DNA from: Chiloscyllium plagiosum | Taxonomy: Eukaryota | DNA length: 50,000 bases | Reading direction: 5' to 3' | NCBI RefSeq assembly: GCF_004010195.1 | Contig: NW_025214739.1 | Location: 1-50,000, forward strand | Part shown: in pieces, positions 12,118 to 23,470 of the stretch | Position numbering within the stretch: position 1 is the stretch's first letter | How the letters are laid out: every line of letters begins with the position of its first letter | Made by a program: the position numbers and the translations under genes | The notes under the pieces: generated by a model | What the model was told of the DNA's origin: nothing | What the model saw: only the letters and a program-made list of their open reading frames with translations | The model's database searches: none

Positions 12118-13060
12118 TGGCAGCACGGTGGCTCAGTGGTTAGCACTGCTGCCTCACAGCGTCAGGGACCCAGGTTCAATTCCAGCCTCTGGCGACTGTC
12201 TGTGTGGAGTTTGCACATTCTTCCCGTGTCTGCATGGGTTTCTTCCAGGTGCTCGGGTTTCCTCCCACAATTCAAAGATGTGCAGGTTAGGTGAATTGGC
12301 CATGCTAAATTGCCCGTAGTTTTCAGGGATGTGTAGGTTAGATGTATTAGTCAGAGAAGAGTCGAGGGTATAGTGCTGGAAAAGCACAGCAGGTCAGGCA
12401 GCATCTGAGGAGATGTTTCAGGCATAAGCCCTTCATCAGGAATGAGGCTTGTGGGTTGGAGCTGAGAGATAAATGGAAGGAGGGATGGGATTGAGGAGAA
12501 GGTAGCTGGGGGAATGATAGGTGGATGAAGGTGATAGGTCAGAGGGGGCAGTGATGGACAGGTCTGGAGAATGGTGCCAAGTTGGAGGCTTGGGACTAGG
12601 ATAATGTGGGGGGAAGGGAAATGTGGAAGCTATTGGAATCCACATTTATCCTGTGTGGTTGCAGGGTCCCAATGCAGAATAAATGGTGTTCCTCCTCCAG
12701 GCATCGGGTGGTAACCATTTGGCTGTGGAGGAGGCCCAGGACCTGTGTGCCTTTGATGGAGTGGGATGAGGAGTTGAAGTGTTCAGCCATGTGGCGATGG
12801 GGTTGGTTGGTGCGGGTGTCCCAGAGGTGTTTTCTGAAATGATCCGCAAGAAGACGTACTGTTTCCCCGATGTAGTGGAGACCGCAACGGATGCAGTGGA
12901 TGGCATTGATAGAGGTACAGGTAAATTTCTGACAGATTAGTCAAGGGTAAATATAGGGTAGAGGAATGGGTCTGGGTGGGGTTACTCTTTGGAGGGTCGG
13001 TGTCGACTTTTTGGGCCGAAGGGCCTCTTTCCACACTGTAGGGATTCTAATTCTAATTCA
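12118..13060 (+). mobile_element. HE1-like V-SINE split by a Penelope insertion
   Basis: SINE 5' part 12118-12353 and 3' part 12936-13060; ATTAGTCA is duplicated at both junctions. Confidence 0.85.
12354..12935 (-). mobile_element. Penelope-like element 3' fragment (GIY-YIG endonuclease C-terminus + terminal repeat)
   Basis: Degenerate CGLHYIGET...AEHFNSSSHS...QVLGLLH...RCLEEEH..F.IGTLQP, followed by a CTGATGAAGGGCTTATGCCTGAAAC hammerhead-like motif. Confidence 0.82.
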
Positions 13061-14629
13061 ATTCTCTCTCTCTCTACCAAGAGAGATGGTCTAATAAGAT
13101 TATGGTGACTTAACTTCTACTTTGAAAAAGGGACAGGTGTCAACAGTAACTCCTTTCTTTGGAAAAGAGAAATCAAAAAATTCCAGGAAGTATATTATTT
13201 ATGCAGATGTGTATAACATAAGATGTTAATCATTTGTCTTTCTTCTGTAATATATATAAGATACATACTAACTTAAATGTACATGATATATTCACTACAC
13301 TCTGCTATTGCAAACTATTATATTTAATGCATTCAGGAGAAATTTCTTCTTTCAAAGTCTTTGGAACTCCTTGCCACAGAGAACTGTGAGGACAGAGTCC
13401 TTGTGTACATTTAAGGCTGTGATAGATAGATTCTTGATCAGTAGGGGAATCAAGGGATATAGGAAAACACAGAAAAGTGAGAAATGCCGGATCATCTGTG
13501 ATTCTACTGAATGGCGGAGCAGGCTCAAGAGGCTGGGTGGCCTACTCCTGTTCCGATTTCTTATGGTCTATGGTCATACTATGTTGTACCTACACTATAC
13601 TGCCCTCTTCTTGATGCAATGAGAGTTGAGAAAAAATGTTGGCCTTGTTAACAATGCCCATATCCCATGAATAAATAAAAGAATGTTAAACAAGATCAAA
13701 TGCCAAAACATTATTTGTTTTATTACATAGGGGCTACACACTGTATATACACATTGAGTTTATATATGGTTAAGTCACGCTTTTCGATGAAGAAATTTCC
13801 TCTTTAAGAGGTAGGCCATATGGAACAGTTTGGGTGTGAAGCAATATCGTCCATGCACACCAGTATCTATTGATCAAAAATAGGCTCCTGTTAAATGTAA
13901 ATACTTTTTCTCAATAATCACAATAGACCCTGACGATTTAAGCTGATGATTCATGTTCTGTGGAGGGTGTCATTATCAGCTGATTCATGTACAATCTGAT
14001 CCCAGCAGACTTGGTTTTCAGTGGATTAATATTGTTCCTGCAGATTTTATGAGCCCTGTGATTTACTTGAAAGCTGCAGGAGTGTTAGTCGGAACATGAT
14101 AAATAAGGTCACAGGTTACTGTAATTTCCACCCTAACAGACTGTAAATATTCATTGTGCTCATATTCTGTAAATCATTAATTCCGATTGAACAGGTCCTG
14201 TGTTACACAACCATGTCACATGCCTATTCAGAACGTTATTGTGATTGGTTAACTCATAAAACAGAAGCAAAAGAAATCTCAATTAGTTTTCTTCTTTCAT
14301 TATTAAATTTATTTTACATTTTCTATAAGATGAGGCACAGCTTTGCTGTGGGAAGAATACTTTCAGTGTTTGGGTACTGGGATAACATGAAACAATTCAT
14401 TTTGGGTATATTACATTCATAGATGCAGAGAGTTCCTGCTTATAGCATTGTGTTCCAACTTCAGATGAACCTCCTCTTCTGCAATCTTGTTACACCTGGT
14501 TCTACTAAGAGTTTTTTAACTTTATCTTACAGCACCTTACTGGCCTCAATACTACTCTCTATTGGAGAAGCACTCAGGAATGGGTTAAAATTCAAATGCC
14601 CTTTTATTTCTTTAATATGATATGACCAT

Positions 14630-16460
14630 AACAAGCTAGGCCAGCATTAATTGCCCATCCTTTATTGCCCTTCAGGAGGTGGTAGCAAGATGCCTTCTTG
14701 AACTACTGCAGTCAGTATTTAGGGGGAGAATCGGATATACCCACAGTATTGTTATAAGGGAGTTCCAAATTTTATGCAATGATAATGAAAGAACTGTGAT
14801 ATACTTCCAATCAGGAAGGCGTGTGGCCTGGAGAGAAACCTGAGATGTTGGTGTTCCCATGCATCTGTTTCTGTTGTCTTTCTAGGTGGTAGAGGTCACT
14901 GAAAGGTGGAAGATGATGTTGTAGGAGCCTGGGAGAGTTGCAGCAGTGAATTGTGTAGATGGTACACAGTTCTGCAAATGTGCATCAGTTGTGTAGGGAG
15001 TGAATGTTAAAGATTATAAATAGAGTACCAAACAAACAGGCTGCTTTGTTCTGGATGGTGCTGAGCTTTTTGAGTGCTGTCAGAGCTGAACTCATTCAAG
15101 CAAGTGGACAGTATTCCATCACAATCCTGACCCGTGCTTTGTAGAAAATAGATAGGCATTGAGGAGTCAGAAGATGAGTTCCAGGCCGCAAAATTTCTAG
15201 TCTCTGACCTGCCCCTGTAGCACAGTATTTTTATGGTGGGTCTAGTTTATTTCTTAATCAATGATAACACACATGATGTTGATAGTAAGGGATTTTGAAA
15301 ATGTAATGCCATTACCAAGGCAATATGACTAGATTCTCTCCTGCTGGAGATGGTCATTGCCTGGCATTTGTTTGGTGTGAATATTACTGACCACTTCTCT
15401 GCCCAAGCCTGGATGTTGTCCAGGCTTTGCTGCAAATGAACACAGACAGTATCAATGTCGAAGGAGTTACAAATGGTCGTAAATATTGTGCAATTATCAG
15501 TGAACATCTCCAGTTCTGATCTTACAATGGGGAGAATGTCATTGATGAAGCAGATGTGGATGGTTGGGCGTATGATAATAACCTTAGAAATCCCTGCAGA
15601 GATGTCCTGCGGTGATTGACCTCCAACAACCACAACTTTCTTCCTTTGTGCCAGGTATGACTGCAACTTTTGGATAGGTTTTCCTATATTCCCACTGATT
15701 ACAGTTTTACTAGGGTTCCTTGATGCCACACTTGGTCGAATGCAGTCTTGATGTCATGGGCTGTCACTCTCAGTAATTCAGCTCTATTGTCCAAATTTGA
15801 ATGAAGGCTGTAATGAGGTCAGGAGCTGAGCGACCATTGGAAATCATTTGGAACCAAACTGGGTGTCACTGAGCAGGTGCTTTTTGATCGCATTGTTGAC
15901 GACACCCTCTATCACTTTACTGGTAATCGAGAATAGGCTAATGGGATAATAATTGGCTGTGCTGGATTTGTCCTGCTAATTATGCACTGGACATATCTGG
16001 GAGATGTTCCACATTGCAGGATAAATGCCAGTGTCATAAATGTATCAGAACAGCTTGGCAAGGCACACGGCTACTTCAATACTAATGCCTGAATTTTTAA
16101 GGCCCATTACCTTTGTAATATCCAGCATTTCCAGCTGTTCTTGATATCATGAGCTGTTCCATCCAGAAATGTGGAGTGTTTACATCACATTCCTGACTTG
16201 CAGATAATGGACAGACTTTGAGGAATTGGTAGGTGAGTTATTTGCTACAGAATTCCTGGCCTCAGACCTGTGTTTGTTTTTGCAGTTTTGATGTTCTGAT
16301 CCAGTTCACCTTTTAATCCTAGTAACCCCCAGGATGCTGATGGTGGGGGTTTCAGTGAAAGTAATACAATGTCAATGAATGACAGATTCTTTCCTTTTGT
16401 TTGGACATAGTCATTGCCTAGCAAAATGTGTAACACAAATATTAATTGTCACTGATCAGT
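14630..16460 (-). mobile_element. Old CR1-like LINE RT fragments
   Basis: Degenerate SYLAQRKKVVVVGGQS...CFINDI...MFTDNCT...LQQSLDNIQAWAEKW..F.PNKCQAM. Confidence 0.78.
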
Positions 16461-17156
16461 CCAGGCCTGCAAACTCTCTCGATATTGTTGCAAGGACAAC
16501 TTACATTTAAAATCCACCTCCTTCTTTCCTTCAAAAATTTCAAAATCTGTCTGATGTGTTGGCTAAAAGTTTTTCTGTGCAAGTGCCCTCAGAGTTGTAA
16601 TCATAGTTAGAATTAAACACAAGCAATTACAATAATCACCAATGATCCCAAAATGATGACAAGGAATAAACAATGGGTAAGGTAAGTCTACTTTTGCTAA
16701 AGGCAGGAGAAGTTCAAATATAAAAGATGTTTGAATGCTTAAAATTAAAACTAAACCAAAATCACTTTATATTCATAAAAATAAAATAAACCAAAGGTGA
16801 AATGTGAGGACTACCCTGCTATAGTCTTGGTAATATTAAAATCATAGGACAACATCGTTTGATGGATCTGAAAAATGGTGGAGCATTTTCCAAACTAACA
16901 ACAACAACTTTGTATTTGTGTTGCATTTTCATGTAACAAACATCCCAAGGTGCTTCAAAGGAGTGATTATCAAATAAAATATGACACTGAGCCATCAAAG
17001 GAGATGTTCGGGGAAAAGACAAGAGGGAGGTTTTAAAGCATTTCTTCTTCAAGAAAGGGAGAGGTGTGGGGCTTGGACCCAGGGCAGCCAAAGGCACAGT
17101 TACCAATGATGGAGCGATTAAAATTGGGAATGTACAAGAGGCCAGAATTGGAGGAG

Positions 17157-18695
17157 AAACATAGAAAATAGGAGCAGGAGTAGACCATTCAGCTCTTCAA
17201 ATCTGCTCAGCATTCATTATGACTAAGGCTGATCATCCAACTCATTATCTTGTTCCAGCATTTCCCCATATTCTTTGATCTCTTCAGGCCCAAGTGCTAT
17301 AGAGTAACGGGGGTCCTACCAATGATTGCTGCAGTACACCACTAGCCATTGCCTGTTATTCAGGAAAATACCCTTTTATCCCTATTCTTTGTTTCTTGTC
17401 TGCCAACCAGTTTTCTATCCATCTCAATATACTACCGCAATACCATTCATTTTAATTTTACACATCAATTTCTAATGTGGGACTATATCAAAATCCTTCT
17501 AAAAGTTCAAATACTCACATTCATCAGCTTCTCCTTACCAACTCTACTAGTTACATTCTCAAAGAACTCCAATAGATTTGCCAAACCCTTTCTTAAATCC
17601 ATGTTGACTCTGTCCAATCCTGTCACTGTCTTCCAAGTGCTCAGCTATTAATTATTTTATAATGGTTCTAGCATTTTCCCCACTACTGACATCAGACTGA
17701 TTGGTCTATAATTCCCAATTTTCTCATTCCCTCCCTTTGTTAAACAGTGGGGTTACATTACCCACCTTCCAACCTGTAGGAACTGTTCCAGAATCTATAG
17801 AACCTTGAAAGATAATAACCAATGCATCCATTATTTCTAGGACCACTTCCTTAGTACCGTGGGATGCAGATGATGATTGGGCCTTGAGGTTTTATTGACC
17901 TTTAATCCCATCAGTTCCTCCAACACCATTTCCTAAGTAAAACTGATTTCCTTCAGTTCTATTCTCTCACTGAATGCTGTGTCCCTCAGCATTTCTGGTA
18001 TGTTATTTATGTCCTCCTTTGTGAACACAAAACCAAAGTAAGTATTTCATTAGTCTGCCAATTCTTTGTTCCCCATTATAAATTTCCCTGTTTCTGACTG
18101 TAAATGACTTACATTTGTCTTCACCAATTGTTTTCTTTTCACCTATCTACATAAAAACCTTTGCTGTCCTTTTATGATGTTGATAGGCATACTCTTGTAC
18201 TCTAATTTATCTTTCTTAATTTAATCCCTTTGTCCTCCTTTGCTGAATTCTAAACTGCTCCCACTCCTCAAGTCGGTTGGTTTTTCTTCTGGCAGTTTGT
18301 ATACCTTTCCCTTGGATCTAATACTATTTCTAATTTCCATTGTACATCCTGGGTTGGCCACCTTTTCCAATCTACTTTTGTGCTAGACAAGGATGAATGA
18401 TTATTGCAGTTCACCCATGTGTTCTGTGAAGGTTTGCCATTGCCTTTCCATCATCATCCCTTTAAGTAAAGTTCCCTGGTGTAGTTTCCTTTATTTAGTC
18501 TCAGGACCCTAGTCTCAGAATCAACTACATCACCCCATCTTGATGAGGAATTCTATCGTATTATGATCACTCATCCCCAAGGGGCCTTGCACAACTACAT
18601 TGCCAATTATTCATTTCTTATTACACAATACCCAGTCTAGGATGGCCTGTTCTTTCGACAGTATCTCAACATATTGATCCAGAAAACCATCCCGT
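17157..18695 (-). mobile_element. Degenerate CR1-type LINE with internal deletions
   Basis: CR1-type tail at 17157 followed by reverse-complement ORF2-like sequence (ccttctaaaagttcaaata...ctcaaagaactccaatagatttg). Confidence 0.7.
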
Positions 18696-19069
18696 ACACC
18701 AGAGTTGAAGAGTGTGGTCCAGTGACCCCTATCGGAAAATGTACGTGTATCCCACAAGGATGTGATGCCTCCTTAGTTGAATAGTCTGACTGCCTCCACT
18801 CATTTGGATAAAAGGCAGAAAGGTTTCCAGTATTTGCAGGAGAGGAGACAAACAATGTTGCAGTTCCCTGACCACTCACTAAATGTGAGTGGTCAGGGAG
18901 GGAGTGTGTGTTTTGGGGTTTGTTTGGTGCATGTCCGTGAATGGGACACACTGTGACCGTGTCTGTCCCTGCCCCTGGGGCGCGAAACCTCCTGGGGTGC
19001 TGGCTGCCTCTCCCCTTGAAGTATTATTGCCCCATGATGTCAGGGACAGGAAGAGGCTCCGAGGCAGCA

Positions 19070-20428
19070 TCGGGAGAGTGATCCTGTCTCAGGGAAAGTG
19101 ATCCGGCCTGAGGGAGAGTGATTATGTCCCAGGGATAGTGATTATGTCTCAAGGAAGGTGATCCGGCCTGAGGGAGAGGAATCCTGTCTGAGGGAGAGTG
19201 ATCCTGCCGGAGGGAAAGTGATCTGGCCTGAGGGAGAGTGATCTGGCCTGAGGGAGAGTGATCCTGTCTGAGGGAAAGTGATCCGGTCTGAGGGAGAGTG
19301 ATCCTGTCTCAGGGAAAGTGATCCTGCAGGAGGGAGAGGAATCCTGTCTGAGGGAGAGTGATCCGGCCTGAGTGAGAGTGATCCTGTCTGAGGGAGAGTG
19401 ATCCTGTTTCAGGGAAAGTGATCTGGCCGGAGGGAGAGGAATCCTGTCTGAGGGAGAGTGATCCTGTCTGAGAGAGGGATCCTATCTGAGGGAGAGTGAT
19501 TCTGTGTGAGGGGGAGTGATCCTGTCTAAGGGAGAGTAATGAGTAATCCTGTCTGAGGGAGAGTGATCCTTTCTGAGGAGGAGTGATCCTGCCGGAGGGA
19601 GACTGATCCTGTCTGAGAGGGAGGGATCCTGTCTGAGGAAGAGTAATTCTGTCTGAGGGAGAGGGATCCTATCTAAGGGAGAGTGGTCGGAAAGTGATCT
19701 GCCCTGAGGGAGAGTGATCCTGTCTGAGGGAAAGTGATCCGGTCTGAGGGAGAGTGATCCTGTCTCAGGGAAAGTGATCCTGCAGGAGGGAGAGGAATCC
19801 TGTCTGAGGGAGAGTGATCTGGCCTGAGTGAGAGTGATTCTGTCTAAGGGAGAATGATCCTGTCTGAGAGAGGGATCCTGTCTGAGGGAGAGTGATTCTG
19901 TGTGAGGGGGAGTGATCCTGTCAAAGGGAGAGTAATGAGTAATCCTGTCTGAGGGAGAGTGATCCTTTCTGAGGAGGAGTGATCCTGCCGGAGGGAGACT
20001 GATCCTGTCTGAGAGGGAGGGATCCTGTCTGAGGAAGAGTAATTCTGTCTGAGGGAGAGGGATCCTATCTAAGGGAGAGTGGTCCAGCCTAAGGGAGAGT
20101 AATCCTGCAGGAGGGAGAGTGATCCTGTCTGAGGGATAGGGATCCTGTCTCAGGAGAGTGATCCTGTCTGAGAGGGAGTGATCCAGCCTAAGGGAGCGTG
20201 ATCCTGCTGGAGGGAGAGTGATCCTGTCTAAGGGAGAGTGATCCTGCAGGAGGGAGAGGGATTCCGCCGGAGGGAGATCGATCCTGTCAGAGGGAGATCG
20301 ATCCTGTCTGAGAGAGAGAGAGAGAGAGCGATCGTGCCGGAAGGAGAGCGATCCAGTCGGTGGGGGAGTGATCCTTCCGGGAGGAGAGCGATCCTGCCGA
20401 TGGGAGAGTGATGTGATCCTGTCGGAGA
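19070..20428. repeat. 20-bp minisatellite, consensus GAGGGAGAGTGATCCTGTCT (roughly 65-70 units)
   Basis: Direct tandem periodicity of 20 nt with variant units; units degenerate and gain CpG towards the right end. Confidence 0.97.
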
Positions 20429-20429
20429 G

Positions 20430-20560
20430 TGTGTGCCCGGGAGTGGGGGGGAGAGCGGCGGGGTCAGTTCTCCAGCGAGAGGCAGCCCTGGAGCAGCGCA
20501 GTCTGGGGTGAGCTCGGGCAGCAGCGTCTGCAGCAGCTCCGCGACTTCACTGAGGGTTGG
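20430..20560 (+). promoter_or_regulatory. CpG/GC-rich segment, candidate INPP5J promoter or non-coding first exon
   Basis: Locally CpG-rich, lies 200-300 bp upstream of the 20755 acceptor, and has a candidate donor GGG|gtgagc at 20508. Confidence 0.4.
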
Positions 20561-20764
20561 CGGTGCAGTGATCGAACCTCAGGACAGACCCTGTGTGACC
20601 TTCCTGGATACAATATTACACCGTCTTTCCTGGATACTGCAAAGTGTGTTCATGCTGCATACTCCCCCCCCCCCCCCTTTAGGAGATACATTGACCTGTG
20701 TTTCTCTACCTCCTGAATATCTCTCACAATCTGTTATCTCTTGTTTCTCCGCAGTTCCGACAGG

Positions 20765-20856
20765 ATGAGCGCTGCTCTGATCCAGGAACAGCCAGCGGTC
20801 AGTTTTGGCTCCCTAACTGTGACAGAAACAGACGATGCTGGAGACGACGGGTTCAG
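20765..20856 (+). CDS. INPP5J: Inositol polyphosphate 5-phosphatase J, first recognisable coding exon
   Basis: Acceptor ttgtttctccgcag| (exon starts 20755), ATG with A at -3, MSAALIQEQPAVSFGSLTVTETDDAGDDGF+AG|gtgaga (phase 2). It joins in frame to the 43566 exon and resembles human INPP5J ...DPGFR-ITVVTWNVGT. Confidence 0.72.
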
Positions 20857-22039
20857 GTGAGAATAGGATCTGTCACTGTCTCAAACCATCTTGCTTCTAC
20901 GTGGCGTGACAGGTTTGGAACTGTGTTTTCTTTTTTAAATCCCTTTTTAAAATGTCCTTTCCATCTCTTGGTCTGATGTGTCAGTGCAGCAGAATTCATC
21001 ATGGTTGCCAACTCCATTCGCTGTACACACCTCTCGCCGACTAAGTCTTTCATGGGTCTGTGATCATTTTGCTGCACCTTTGCCTGTCCCAGTGCAAACT
21101 AGCTGCTCTGCAGCAATAGCTCGTTTTCTTCAATATCTTAGACTCCCCAATCATCACCCCCAATTTTCCTTAATCACTAGCTTTGCCTTAACTCCGGCCA
21201 TGTGTTGATCGCCCACACCGAATATGATAACAAAACTGGACTCCTCTGTCGCCTTAACTTCACGACTGGGTCACTGTGTCTGCAGACTGTCTCTCTAACA
21301 TCAAGTCAGGGATTCTGTCCTGGCAGGATTGACAGCACCAGTGTGGTTTTGGCTCCAAGATGGGCAGACATGCCACAGCTCCATGTTTAAACTGTTTTAT
21401 AGTTTAGATACCCTGACTGAGTTGAGCTTCAATCCCCTCCATCACCAACAACTTTCAAAGAGAAAATGAGGGAATTCTGAAATATAAATCGAAGATGCTT
21501 TAAATGTTCAGCAGATTAAGCAGTGACTATTCGCTGCCTTCTATTTGCGCAGCAAAATGAGCCATGTCTCTTGGCTAACCCTGTGCGCTGTTTAAAGTTT
21601 TTACATGACATGGTTAAACTGTGCAGATAGGAGCATAAAGTTACAAAAGGACATAGACAGACAGGCTAAGTGAGTGACAGATGGAGGTCAGGTGGCTGTG
21701 GGCAGGCCATTCTGAAAGGCCAAATGAACAAAGCTGGGGAATGGCACTTTATTCAGACCATCTTTATTCAGATGGTGCTCTGCACAAACTAAGGGCAACC
21801 CCCAAGATGTCACTAATCTCCTGCTACCTTCCACACCACCTGCCTCATCGATCCTGGTGCCTCTCCTTCCACCCGGTTCTCTGTGATCATTTCTCACCCT
21901 AAAAGCCCTGCCACTGACCCTCTAGGAACAATGGATTGATAAGCAGCCCCTGAGAGCTGGAAGTCCTGCTGAATGAGGGGTAGAAGATGCACAATGAGCC
22001 AGTTTAATCCACCCACAGCATATTATGCTTATAATGACC

Positions 22040-22775
22040 ATGCTGTCCTGGCCCCTTCCCCCCACTCCAACTCCCATTCACCTCTGCTCCTCTATACACC
22101 TCCCCCTCACCTCCATCCAAGGCCCCAAAGGGTCCTTCCACATCCGGTAGAGATTTTCCTGTACTTCCATTCATGTCACCTTCTGTGTCCATTGCTCCTG
22201 ATATGGTATCCTGTACATTGGGGAAACAGGACGCCAACTTGTGGAACGTTTTAGAGAATGTCTCTGGGACACCTGCACTAAACAACTCCACTGCCCTGTG
22301 GCTGAACACTGTAACTCCCCCTACCACTCTGCCAAGGACATGCAGGTCCTGGGCCTCCTCCACCACCAGATTCTAGCCACCCGACACCTGGAGGAAGGTC
22401 ACCTCATCTTCCGCCTTCACCCTCCAACCACATGGGATCAATGTTGATTTCGCCAGTTTCTTCATCTCACCTTATCCCAGATGCAACCCTCCAAATCAGC
22501 ACTGCCTCTTGAACCATCCTACCTGTCCAACTTCCTTCCCACCTATCTGCTCCACCCTTCGCCCCGACCTATCACCATCACCCCCCACCTTCATCCACCT
22601 CTCACATTCCTAGCTACCTTCCGCACAGCCCCACCTCACTCCCATTTATCTTTCAGTCCCTTCGGACCTCCCCCACATTCCTGATGAAGAGCTTATGCTC
22701 GAAGCATCAATGCTCCTGCTCCTCAGATACTGCCTGACCGGCTGTGCTTTTCCAGCGCCACACTTTTTGACTCCT
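22040..22775 (+). mobile_element. Penelope-like element 3' fragment, same family as 12354-12935
   Basis: YIGETGRQLVERFRE...VAEHCNSPYHSAKDMQVLGLLHHQILATRHLEEGHLIFRL; same terminal repeat with CTGATGA at 22681. Confidence 0.85.
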
Positions 22776-23120
22776 CCATAAAGTCCAGCCCATTAAATTG
22801 AAGGACCTGGTTGGCAAATTGACTGGCAGCAGACAGCATTAGGGAATACATGGGCTGGTACTCGAATTGGGTGGCTGTGGCAAGTGGTGACAAGCAAGGA
22901 TTTCTGTTGGAGCCTCAGTTGTTCACTGTTTTTATTAAAGTGGAATGCCCCTACCTTGACACAAAGATAGGTGACATTGTCAGCAGTATAGACCAAAGCA
23001 TAAAATTGCAAAGGTATATTAACAATTTTAAGTGAATGGAAAACTGGAAAATTGATTTTACTGAAGGTAAATGTGAGGCTATCCCATTTGGACCTAAACA
23101 TAATTGAACAGAGTAATTTA

Positions 23121-23470
23121 TAGAGTTATAGAGTCATACAGCACAGAAACAGACCCTTGGTCCAACTGGTTTATGCCGACCATGTTTCCAAACCAAACTA
23201 GTCTCTCTTGCCTGCATTTGGCCCATATCCCTCCAAACCTTTCCTATTCATGTATTTATCCAAACGTCTTTTAAATGTTGTAACTATACCCACATCCACC
23301 ACTTCCTCTGGCAGCTCATTCTAGACACAAACCACTCTCAGCATTAAAAAAGTTGCCCCTCATGTTTTTCCAAAACCTTCTCCTCTCACCTTAAACATTG
23401 GCTCTTAGTTTTGAGCTTTCCCACCTTAGGGAAAAGAGCCTTGCTATTCACCTTACCTATGCCCCTCATG
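23121..23470 (-). mobile_element. CR1 LINE 3' end
   Basis: Same tail and 3' sequence as 26439-27080. Confidence 0.8.

Noticed and set aside
19070..20428. CRISPR-like periodic array
   Set aside because: Contiguous 20-bp units with no unique spacers, in eukaryotic DNA: a minisatellite.
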